Source of the DNA: an uncultured Methanosarcinales archaeon | Lineage (GTDB): Archaea > Nanobdellota > Nanobdellia > Woesearchaeales > DSVV01 | Direction of reading: 5' to 3' | DNA length: 64,000 nucleotides | Assembly: GCA_964452935.1 (NCBI GenBank) | Contig: CAYVNO010000001.1 | Span: forward strand, 25,537-89,536 | Shown here: in pieces, positions 48,415-56,766 of the stretch | Position numbering within the stretch: the first letter of the stretch is position 1 | Layout of the letters: every line of letters starts with the position of its first letter | Notes under the pieces: model-generated | Databases searched by the model: none | Told to the model about the DNA's origin: nothing | Seen by the model: only the letters and a program-made list of their open reading frames with translations | Translations under genes and position numbers: made by a program

Positions 48415-48798
48415 TTATTCAAACGTTACCCTATATGTTTCTCCTTTGTAGGTTCCATTAATTGATAGTCCTGCGATTGATTCATGATCTAATGTTTGTT
48501 CGGGGCTTAGTTGTAGACCTCTAACTTTACTCCATGATTCATTTCTTATTTCTGCACCAAGTAGGATTCCATGTTCAAATTCACGTCTTGTATCACCAAC
48601 TAAGTCAGAATCTTTCCCTTGATATATCATGTCTCTACAATAACAATTTCCTTCATAAAATCCTTCAGCTTTTATCTGTTTTAGAATTCCCCAGATTGTT
48701 TCTAAGTTATCTGCTGTTTTTTGATCTACCTTGAAGAAATTTTCATTTCTTTTCATCTGTTCTTGGACACAATCATACAATGTTGTTTTTTCTTCCAT
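48415..48798 (-). CDS. Hypothetical protein
   Basis: ATG after GAGG, part of a tight minus-strand ORF run. Confidence 0.5.
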   Translation of the reverse strand: MEEKTTLYDCVQEQMKRNENFFKVDQKTADNLETIWGILKQIKAEGFYEGNCYCRDMIYQGKDSDLVGDTRREFEHGILLGAEIRNESWSKVRGLQLSPEQTLDHESIAGLSINGTYKGETYRVTFE

Positions 48799-48799
48799 T

Positions 48800-49129
48800 T
48801 TATATTCCTCTACAGTGTTGTGGATCAATTATTGGTGTTTCTACTCTTTCCATATAATCTCCTTGTCTGTTTTCTGCGTAGACTACGACTGAATCGTCTT
48901 TAAAATCAATTATTTGTGATAATGTTAGTTGTCCACTTAGGTTTCCAAATTTTCCTCTGCCTTCTGCAAGGCATGTGCAGATTCCTTTTTCATTATACAC
49001 AGGATCTTCCATGCTACAAGAGATTGTTTGTGGATTAATGTTGACTTTGTCCTCTTGGCTACCACAACATGCAGGTAAGAGTAGTAAAGTTGCAGAATAA
49101 AGTGCAGTTAATGTTTTGACTGTACTCAT
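48800..49129 (-). CDS. Hypothetical lipoprotein-like protein
   Basis: Signal peptide ending LLLLPACCGS (lipobox-like). Confidence 0.5.
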   Translation of the reverse strand: MSTVKTLTALYSATLLLLPACCGSQEDKVNINPQTISCSMEDPVYNEKGICTCLAEGRGKFGNLSGQLTLSQIIDFKDDSVVVYAENRQGDYMERVETPIIDPQHCRGI

Positions 49130-49134
49130 TTTTA

Positions 49135-49644
49135 TCACTTGTAAACCTTTACTTCAATTCCTTCTTCTCTCACTCTCTTTGTAATATCTTGTTTGATTTC
49201 ATCACCAACATTTTGGTAATCAACTTTAACTCCTCTTTCTAAGTCAAGATCATCTCTATCTTTCTCATCTCCTTCAGGCATTGAGAAATATAACTTGACT
49301 TCAAATGGGTGCCCAAGTGAATCGTGTTTTGTGTTTCTAACAGTTGATTTAATGTAGTTCATGATTTTATCAAGTCCTTTTGGATCTTCTTGGTTTGGTG
49401 CAAAGAAATCTGGTTCTCTAACTTCATCTCCTGCATTCATAATTTCTAGATATGTTTCTACTACATTATCTCCTTTTTTATGTATTCTTTCATACACACA
49501 AAGAATCTCTTTTGCTGTTTTTGTAGGTGTGTCATCTGCAACATACTCTGCTTGTTCTAACTCATATTCTGGTGATTCTTCACGAAGGCTATCTGCTCCT
49601 TCTTCATCACCGTCTAACAATCTTTCAAATAATGTTTTACCCAT
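49135..49644 (-). CDS. Hypothetical acidic protein
   Basis: 169-aa ORF after GAGGCGA. Confidence 0.5.
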   Translation of the reverse strand: MGKTLFERLLDGDEEGADSLREESPEYELEQAEYVADDTPTKTAKEILCVYERIHKKGDNVVETYLEIMNAGDEVREPDFFAPNQEDPKGLDKIMNYIKSTVRNTKHDSLGHPFEVKLYFSMPEGDEKDRDDLDLERGVKVDYQNVGDEIKQDITKRVREEGIEVKVYK

Positions 49645-49704
49645 ATTTATCGCCTCACAATAGTTATTACCCTTTAGTGAACCTAGGATAGATTAATATC
49701 TTTC

Positions 49705-49730
49705 TGATATTATTGATATCAGTGATATCA
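49705..49730. promoter_or_regulatory. Triple TGATAT(C/T)A box upstream of the AbrB-PhoU regulator
   Basis: TGATATTA-T-TGATATCA-G-TGATATCA with a 9-bp period, just before the BRE/TATA. Confidence 0.55.
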
Positions 49731-49771
49731 AAAATCGAAAGCTTTTTATATATAAAGTGATTACTTTCTGT

Positions 49772-50686
49772 ATGAAACGGAAACTAATCAAACAGGGTGG
49801 TGGTGGGGTCACATTCTATGTGCCAAAGAAATGGGTTGATAAACAAGGCTTGAAACCTGGTGATGAGATTGATGTAATTGAGGAAGATGATAAATTAATT
49901 GTTCTAAATGAAGCGATGACTCAGAATAAGACTGTTGAGATTGATATTAAGGGTATGGATCATACAGCTCTTTTGAAAACAGTTATCTCTTATTATGAGA
50001 TGGGTTATTCTGAGATTACTATTATTTCAGATAATGGAATGGTTTATATTCCAACTTTATTAAAAGAAAAGAAGATAACAGTAAAAGAAGAGGTTGAAAG
50101 ATTAGTAAATAGGCTTATTGGTTTTGAGTTGATTAGTTTTGAGTCAAATAAATATGTTTTGAAAGATATTGCTATGACTTCTCCTACTGAGTTTGATAAT
50201 GTTCTAAGGAGAATCTTTTATTTATTATTAGAATTTCAAAATTATGTAAAAGAGACAGTTGATAATAAGAATAAAGTCAAAGATTATAATGAACATCATG
50301 ATAGTATTGCTAAGTTTATTAGTTTTTGTATTAGGTTATTGAATTTAAGTATGGATAAAACTAATGTTGAGAAGAATAATTTACATACAATACTAACATT
50401 GTTGGATAAGTATACTGATGCGTTAAGATGGCTATTATACGATTACACTGCTAGTGGAATAAAAGATAAAAAATCAATCTTTGCTATAATGGATCATTTT
50501 AGAATGTATTATAATTTATTTTATAATTATGATATAAAATTAATAAATGAGTTAGATAGAGAAAGAATTAAGTTAAGAAAAACATTGAAATCAGATGAAG
50601 CAGTTATTCACTTTTCTTCTGTTTTAGAATATATCATGGCAATGATTAGACCAACTATTTGTTTAGTTGAGAGTTCCAAGTCTTAA
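49772..50686 (+). CDS. AbrB/MazE N-terminal plus PhoU-like transcriptional regulator
   Basis: MKRKLIKQGGGGVTFYVPKKWV...LKPGDEI, YEMGYSEI, LIGFEL and FDNVLRRIF. Confidence 0.85.
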   Translation: MKRKLIKQGGGGVTFYVPKKWVDKQGLKPGDEIDVIEEDDKLIVLNEAMTQNKTVEIDIKGMDHTALLKTVISYYEMGYSEITIISDNGMVYIPTLLKEKKITVKEEVERLVNRLIGFELISFESNKYVLKDIAMTSPTEFDNVLRRIFYLLLEFQNYVKETVDNKNKVKDYNEHHDSIAKFISFCIRLLNLSMDKTNVEKNNLHTILTLLDKYTDALRWLLYDYTASGIKDKKSIFAIMDHFRMYYNLFYNYDIKLINELDRERIKLRKTLKSDEAVIHFSSVLEYIMAMIRPTICLVESSKS

Positions 50687-52852
50687 TCCTCTGTCAACTC
50701 TATGTTTTAGTGTATATATTTGTTGTAACATTCTATCCATTTGTGTTGGGTTTTCTAGATTTCTTCTGTGCATAACTGAAACGTATTTTGTTGATGCATT
50801 AACCATTCCTGAATCTGCCCATTGAAACATTTCTCTGTGTTTTTCTCTGTCTGTTCTGAAATTGTTATCATGTTCTGATCTCATTGAAACATATACATCG
50901 ACATATTTTCTAACTTGGTCTTTTGTTAGGTTGAAATCTGATTCAGATAGGAACCATGTTACTTCTTCTATCTCTTTCCCCCATGAAATTAATCCATAAT
51001 CAACAATATTTCCTTTAACAATATTTCCTTTTTCTCCTGTTCTTATTGATCCTGGTTTCCAATCTCCGTGTATAATACTTAATCTTCCTTCGATTGCATA
51101 TTGTTGGAATGTTTCATTTGCTCTTTCTATATCTCCGACAAGATATGAACCGATTTCTGATTTAATTACACTATGCACTTTACTTGATGAACTTGTTGGT
51201 ATAACAACTGCTTCATAATGTGGTGTGTCTCCTCTGAGATGTCTAGATGTTCCTAAAACTGTTTCTTTATCTTTTAGTGCTGCTTTTGTTGCGTTTTTAT
51301 GGAATAAGCCCATTAAAAATAGGTTGTGTTTTATGTACCTGTCAATATTAAATGTTCCGTTGGGATTGAATGGGATATAACCTGTTTTTGCATATCCTGA
51401 TGTTTGGTTTGCTACATTGCTAAGTACAAGTAATGAGCTGTTATTTAGTTCTATTAATTCTTTTAATGATGGCATAAACTCTTCAAATTCTCCAAGATCC
51501 CATTTGTAGGCTGTTTGTGCTTCTAGTTTGTTTAATTCAATTGCTGCTTGTTTTGCGACGAGTTCCGGAGATGATAAAACAAGTCCTGAGTTGTTTCCTG
51601 TTGCTATTGGGAAATATGTATCCATCTCAACAATTGCGTCAATGTGTCCTTCTTCTGTTTCTGGGAATATTTCACTTATTCTTCTACGAGCAGATTCTAG
51701 TATTGCTGTTTTGTTTGCTCTTCTAACAACAGGTTCCATATTGCTTAAGATTGGTTTGTAATTGAACTCTTCTCTTTTCATCATTTCAAATTCAGAGTTC
51801 ATTAACTGGTCTATGAACCAGCCATAATATACTAATCTCATAAACTCTTTATTTGATTCATCTGTTCTTCTTGATTCTTCTCCAACATCTTCATCTCCCT
51901 CTTTTATTGCTGCAAATATGTCTTTTCCTAATTCAATTAGTTCATAGTCAGTTAGATCATGTTCTTTTAATAGTCTTAGGATTAATGGAGAATTTTCAGT
52001 TGCGTTTTGAACATCTTCTATTTCAAAAGGTAGGTCTCTTGGCATGTCTTCTGGCTCAATGTATGCTTCTCCATATCCTCTGTCGAAGTCAAATTGGTTT
52101 AGGTGGTCTGCTGTTAATTTTTCTTTAATTTCTTTAGCAATTCTTTCATATGCACCTTGGAATAATGTATCGTGAAGTCTCAATAATCTTGCTGGCATTC
52201 CTTGGTATGCTTCTCCATATACTTTGTGATCTTCTTTTCCTGTTTCTAGATAGTCAACAACTCTATTTACTAGTTTTACTCTGTCATTATTTCTTTCTAT
52301 TGTTCCTCCTTCTATACCTTGTTCTACTGCATTTCTTATTTCAGATAATTCTCTTTCCATAATTATGTCAAAACATTTTCTTCCTATGCTGTCAGATTTA
52401 TTACAGTCTTTATGTCTTGGGTCGTTGCTTAATAAAGGGTATGTCCATATACTTTCAGTACAGAAGGGATCTATTCTCATGCTTATTGCATCAATTGTTC
52501 TTATTAGTCTTCCACAGATGGTTTCTAGATCTTTTTCTGTTTCTCCTGTTAGTTGTTCAGCTAAAGGAGTACATCCACAATCTGTTGAATCATATTCGGA
52601 ATAATTTCTTGGGTGGTTGTGGTAATCTGCTCCTCCTTTATTTTTAATTCCAAATAATTCTAATCCATATAACTCACATATTTTATCATATTCAAATGCT
52701 ATTCTGTCGGCTATCTGAGTTTGTTGGTTTGCATCAGGTTCTGAGAAGATTCCGTGTCTATGTAAATGATCCTGTCTAAAATAATTAGTAATTCTATCTC
52801 CTAAGTCATCCATTAAATCTACTAATTCTTCTGCGCTTGGTTGATTACTCAT
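50663..52852 (-). CDS. 729-aa protein with a C-terminal APH/choline-kinase-like phosphotransferase domain
   Basis: Brenner-like IIHGDWKPGSI, Mg-binding IVDYG and N-lobe LVAKQ...E. The N-terminal about 400 aa are unrecognised. Confidence 0.7.
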   Translation of the reverse strand: MSNQPSAEELVDLMDDLGDRITNYFRQDHLHRHGIFSEPDANQQTQIADRIAFEYDKICELYGLELFGIKNKGGADYHNHPRNYSEYDSTDCGCTPLAEQLTGETEKDLETICGRLIRTIDAISMRIDPFCTESIWTYPLLSNDPRHKDCNKSDSIGRKCFDIIMERELSEIRNAVEQGIEGGTIERNNDRVKLVNRVVDYLETGKEDHKVYGEAYQGMPARLLRLHDTLFQGAYERIAKEIKEKLTADHLNQFDFDRGYGEAYIEPEDMPRDLPFEIEDVQNATENSPLILRLLKEHDLTDYELIELGKDIFAAIKEGDEDVGEESRRTDESNKEFMRLVYYGWFIDQLMNSEFEMMKREEFNYKPILSNMEPVVRRANKTAILESARRRISEIFPETEEGHIDAIVEMDTYFPIATGNNSGLVLSSPELVAKQAAIELNKLEAQTAYKWDLGEFEEFMPSLKELIELNNSSLLVLSNVANQTSGYAKTGYIPFNPNGTFNIDRYIKHNLFLMGLFHKNATKAALKDKETVLGTSRHLRGDTPHYEAVVIPTSSSSKVHSVIKSEIGSYLVGDIERANETFQQYAIEGRLSIIHGDWKPGSIRTGEKGNIVKGNIVDYGLISWGKEIEEVTWFLSESDFNLTKDQVRKYVDVYVSMRSEHDNNFRTDREKHREMFQWADSGMVNASTKYVSVMHRRNLENPTQMDRMLQQIYTLKHRVDRGLRLGTLN

Positions 52853-52986
52853 TCTTTTTCCTCGAATAGTTTTTTTAATGCAAACTCAATTGCGTGTGAT
52901 TTGTTTCTGAAAACACCGGAACGCATGCTATCTTGAATCTTTACAACAATTTCTTCGTCCACTGTTATGCTTAGTTTGTGTTTCAT
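52849..52986 (-). CDS. Ribbon-helix-helix (CopG/CdrS-like) protein
   Basis: Manual translation: MKHKLSITVDEEIVVKIQDSMRSGVFRNKSHAIEFALKKLFEEKE. ATGA overlaps at both ends. Confidence 0.85.
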   Translation of the reverse strand: MKHKLSITVDEEIVVKIQDSMRSGVFRNKSHAIEFALKKLFEEKE

Positions 52987-53909
52987 CTTGGTTGATTCTC
53001 CCTGTAATTATCTCTTTCAGCTCTTGCTTTCATTTGTGGTGTTTGTAATTGTATTTCTAGATTGGAATAATCTTCTGAGGATTTTTTAATTATTATGCCT
53101 TGGAATCCATTCGGTTTTGGGAATGTTATTAAGTCACGTACATCATCAACAGAATAATCATAAATACATCTCATTAAGTATAAACAATGTCCTGCTGTTT
53201 CGGCAGTTATTCTTATACCATTTATATCTCCAATATCATTTACACTTCTCAATGAAGGATTTCTTTGAATCCATGCATAAACACTTTCTGGTGTTTTTAC
53301 TCTAGTTTCTATATCTATTACTTTGTCTCTTTTATGCCTCTCTTTTAAGAATTGCCTCCATTTCTCAAGCTCTTCTGGATCAAGACTATTCTCTTCTATA
53401 TGTTTGAGAATTTCTTCATATAATTTTGGGTCTTGTTCTATAATTTCTTTTCTTGTGAGATATCTTTTCGGCTTAAACTCTTGGAATCCTAATTGTTCTA
53501 CTGTTTCTTCTAGTTCTGGCATTTCTTCGCCAATAAAAAATGCTCTTCTATTATTTAGGTAGTGAGGAATATATAGTTCTAGGTCGTGCTGTTGTGTACC
53601 TGTAAATCGTGGTCTTCCTTCTTCAAAATCAACATAGTAGAACATTGTTCTATTGTCTTCTCCTTGTTCTACTATGTATCCCACTCCAGTATGATTAACC
53701 TTTTTTACACGGTACATTGTTAGGTGATGTCCTACTGTACCAATGTTTAGTGCGACAACTTTTCCTTGTAATGAAGATTGAATTCCTTCATATTTTTCTA
53801 CTCTTCTAAATCCTAGTTCATGGAGGGCTCTACGACTGTTTCTAATTCTTTGTTTAACACTGTCACTCATTGCTCTTCTCATTATTTTATTGTGTAGTGG
53901 TTCTGTCAT
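52983..53909 (-). CDS. Divergent RelA/SpoT synthetase-domain protein (small alarmone synthetase-like)
   Basis: RVKTPES, DIGDINGIRI, DLITFPKPNGFQG and LEIQLQTPQM..RAE. Confidence 0.8.
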   Translation of the reverse strand: MTEPLHNKIMRRAMSDSVKQRIRNSRRALHELGFRRVEKYEGIQSSLQGKVVALNIGTVGHHLTMYRVKKVNHTGVGYIVEQGEDNRTMFYYVDFEEGRPRFTGTQQHDLELYIPHYLNNRRAFFIGEEMPELEETVEQLGFQEFKPKRYLTRKEIIEQDPKLYEEILKHIEENSLDPEELEKWRQFLKERHKRDKVIDIETRVKTPESVYAWIQRNPSLRSVNDIGDINGIRITAETAGHCLYLMRCIYDYSVDDVRDLITFPKPNGFQGIIIKKSSEDYSNLEIQLQTPQMKARAERDNYRENQPR

Positions 53910-53983
53910 TTATCCTATTCTATACTACTCATATATAAATGTTTCTATTTGTTACTATTGATTGGTAGTTATATTGTTCTTTA

Positions 53984-54022
53984 TTACCCTTTACATTTGA
54001 AAAATCTGATTGTAAAGGGTAA
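53984..54022. repeat. 39-bp palindromic site, left copy
   Basis: TTACCCTTTACA-TTTGAAAAATCTGAT-TGTAAAGGGTAA. Confidence 0.9.
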
Positions 54023-54055
54023 GTTTTATATATGAGTTAGGGCTATCAATTCATT

Positions 54056-55057
54056 ATGGTATATATTTACAAGAAAACAATACATGGAAAGAACTATTAT
54101 TATCTTAGGGTATCTAAGAGGGTTAATGGTAAATTAGTGGTTAAAGATGTTGCTTATTTGGGTAATGATATATCTAAGATTGAAAGTAAGTTAAATAATT
54201 TAGTGGAGTATAAGGATGAGATAAGAAAAGGTCATAGAATCATAAAGAAATTTATACAATCAAATTATTTCTTACAGAAAGTAAAAAAATTGAAATTAAA
54301 GAATATTAATTATTTAGATAAAGGAATGTTAGAACAGGTTGAGGCTATAAAATTACATTATAAAAATAATTTTTTAAAATTAGATGAATTAACAAAGAAA
54401 GAGGTCTATAAACATTTTTTAATTGATTTTGCTTTTAATACAACCTCCATAGAAGGTAATACAATCACTCTAGATGAAGCAAATAAACTTTTGAATGAAG
54501 ATATTTTACCAAAAAATAAAACTCTTAGAGAAGTTTATGATTTGCAGAATACTGAAAACACTTTTTTATGGCTTTTAGACGACAAACCTTTGTTTAATGA
54601 AATGTTAATCACTGATATTCATGATAGATTGCTAGAGAAAATTGATGTAAGAAAAGGCTATAGGACTCAAGATATTAAAGTTTTCAAGTCAAAATTTGAG
54701 GCTTCTCCTGTTAAATACTTAAAGATTGATATGAGGGTTTTAATGAAGTGGTTTAAAGATAATAAAAAGTTACATCCTCTTGTTTTAGTTGGATTATTGC
54801 ATCATAAGTTAGAGAAGATACATCCGTTTGCAGATGGAAACGGAAGAACAGGGAGAATGTTGATGAATTATATTTTAATGAAAATGGGTTTTCCTCCTTT
54901 AATTATATCTAAAAAAAGAAGATCAGATTATTTGGCTGCTTTAAGGAATGCAGATAATTGTGATTTAAATGATAATGATTCTAGTTATTATAAAAAGTTG
55001 ATAACTTATTTAGCTGAGGAGATGGTTTCTTCTTATTGGTCTAATTTTAATGTTTAA
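54056..55057 (+). CDS. Fic family protein with an N-terminal basic beta-hairpin domain
   Basis: Canonical HPFADGNGRTGR, inhibitory-type TTSIEGN motif and N-terminus YKKTIHGKNYYYLR. Confidence 0.93.
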   Translation: MVYIYKKTIHGKNYYYLRVSKRVNGKLVVKDVAYLGNDISKIESKLNNLVEYKDEIRKGHRIIKKFIQSNYFLQKVKKLKLKNINYLDKGMLEQVEAIKLHYKNNFLKLDELTKKEVYKHFLIDFAFNTTSIEGNTITLDEANKLLNEDILPKNKTLREVYDLQNTENTFLWLLDDKPLFNEMLITDIHDRLLEKIDVRKGYRTQDIKVFKSKFEASPVKYLKIDMRVLMKWFKDNKKLHPLVLVGLLHHKLEKIHPFADGNGRTGRMLMNYILMKMGFPPLIISKKRRSDYLAALRNADNCDLNDNDSSYYKKLITYLAEEMVSSYWSNFNV

Positions 55058-55058
55058 T

Positions 55059-55097
55059 TTACCCTTTACAATTGAAAAATGTGAATGTAAAGGGTAA
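55059..55097. repeat. 39-bp palindromic site, right copy
   Basis: TTACCCTTTACA-ATTGAAAAATGTGAA-TGTAAAGGGTAA, 36/39 identical to the left copy. Confidence 0.9.
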
Positions 55098-55317
55098 ATA
55101 TGATTCTATGTGTTTTTCTTCTAAAAACAAAACCTTTAAATACTAGTACATACTGAGTAATGCTTAATGCATATCATTAAGATATGATATGTAATCGTAA
55201 GCAGGTTTAGAACGAGTAAGAACGCCAACAATTTCGCCAAAATTGTAGTTCAGGGCAGGGTGCGGTAGCATCCTTCCAATTTTTTTCATAGGGGGTGCAA
55301 GATAGGAGTTGTGATAG

Positions 55318-55455
55318 ATGAAAGAACGTATTACAATAACAATTGACAAGGACCTGTTAAATTGGTTAGATAGTAAAATTGAAGATAAAACTTTTGCAAA
55401 TAGAAGTCACGGGTTTGAATTCTTAATTAAGAAAAGGATGGATGGTGAAAAATGA
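55318..55455 (+). CDS. Ribbon-helix-helix (CopG/CdrS-like) protein
   Basis: Manual translation: MKERITITIDKDLLNWLDSKIEDKTFANRSHGFEFLIKKRMDGEK. ATGA overlap with the next gene. Confidence 0.85.
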   Translation: MKERITITIDKDLLNWLDSKIEDKTFANRSHGFEFLIKKRMDGEK

Positions 55456-56702
55456 AGATCACTTTCCATGGTGCAGCAAAAGAGGTAGGAAGAAGTTGTA
55501 TTGAAATTAATAATAAATATCTATTAGATGCAGGGTTAAAAATATGTGAAGAAGGGTCAGAGTATCCAACAGAGTTATTTCTTGATGGAATACAAGCAGT
55601 GTTTTTAAGTCATGCACACCTCGATCATACTGGAGCGTTGCCTTTATTTAATCATGATGGGTTGCATTGTAATATCTTTTGTACAAAAGCTACAAGAGAA
55701 CTTACAAAAATATTATTAAAGGACTCTTTGCATATTGCGTTATTAGAAACTAGGCATCCAGGTTATGGTGAAGATAATATCTTTAATGTTTTAGATTATA
55801 TGAAGTTTGTTAGATATAATAAAATAAATAAGTTTGGTAATATGAGGTTTGTTTTTTTAGATGCTGGACATATTCCTGGTTCTGCTTCTGTTTTATTAGA
55901 GATTGATGGGAAATCTGTTTTATACACAGGAGATATTAATCATAATGAAACTTTCCTATTGAATGGTTTAAATTATAATGTAAAAAATGTTGATGTGATG
56001 ATTACTGAGGCAACTTATGGGGATAGAAATCATCCTAATAGAAGTAAACAAAAGAAACAGTTCATAAATATGATAAAAGAATGTTTGAGAAATGATGGAA
56101 GTGTGTTGATTCCAGCGTTTGCTGTTGGTAGGGCACAAGAGATTATTCTAATGTTAGCAAGAGAAAACATCAGAGCGCCGATTTATTTAGATGGGATGGC
56201 CAAAAAGGTTTCTAATTTGTTCTTAGATTTAAGGCAGTATGTAAAAAGTGAGAAGAGTTTAAGGAATGCGTTGAGGAAAGTAAAATACATTAAATCTTGG
56301 AAACAAAGAAAAGAGATAATAAAACGGAAAGGGATTTTTATAACAACTTCTGGAATGTTAGACGGTGGACCAATAATGGATTATATGAAATACCTGTATC
56401 ATGATCCTAAGAATTGTATTTTACTAACAGGTTATCAAGCAGAAGGTTCTAACGGAAGGTTATTATTAGAAGAGGGAGCTGTGTTTATTGACGGGATGAG
56501 GTTAAGGTGGAGAGGTTATGTCCAGAAGTTTGATTTTAGTGCACATTCAGGAAGAAAGGAACTTGTTAAGTTTATTAAAAATGTTAATCCAAAAGTTTTG
56601 ATTATAAATCACTGTGATGAAGAAGCAGGAGAGTCAATTAAGAACGAATTCAAAAACAAAAAAGTGTTTTTACCGCATTTAGATGAAACTATAGATTTAT
56701 GA
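55452..56702 (+). CDS. MBL-fold beta-CASP ribonuclease
   Basis: GAAKEVGRSC, SHAHLDH, AGHIPGS, EATYG, AVGRAQE and FSAHS. Confidence 0.93.
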   Translation: MKITFHGAAKEVGRSCIEINNKYLLDAGLKICEEGSEYPTELFLDGIQAVFLSHAHLDHTGALPLFNHDGLHCNIFCTKATRELTKILLKDSLHIALLETRHPGYGEDNIFNVLDYMKFVRYNKINKFGNMRFVFLDAGHIPGSASVLLEIDGKSVLYTGDINHNETFLLNGLNYNVKNVDVMITEATYGDRNHPNRSKQKKQFINMIKECLRNDGSVLIPAFAVGRAQEIILMLARENIRAPIYLDGMAKKVSNLFLDLRQYVKSEKSLRNALRKVKYIKSWKQRKEIIKRKGIFITTSGMLDGGPIMDYMKYLYHDPKNCILLTGYQAEGSNGRLLLEEGAVFIDGMRLRWRGYVQKFDFSAHSGRKELVKFIKNVNPKVLIINHCDEEAGESIKNEFKNKKVFLPHLDETIDL

Positions 56703-56733
56703 TTCCTATAGAGCTTTAGGAAAAAGAGGTGTT

Positions 56734-56757
56734 GAGTGGTGCCTTCGGGCACTACTC
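56734..56757 (+). other. Stable hairpin with a C(UUCG)G tetraloop
   Basis: GAGTGGTGCC-TTCG-GGCACTACTC. Confidence 0.7.
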
Positions 56758-56766
56758 TATATTAAT

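Noticed and set aside
55164..55349. 61-aa minus-strand ORF
   Set aside because: It overlaps the plus-strand RHH gene and shows no motif or SD.
56703..56766. yybP-ykoY (Mn2+) riboswitch upstream of the P-type ATPase
   Set aside because: The region is too short and lacks the consensus GGGGAGUAGC and four-way junction.
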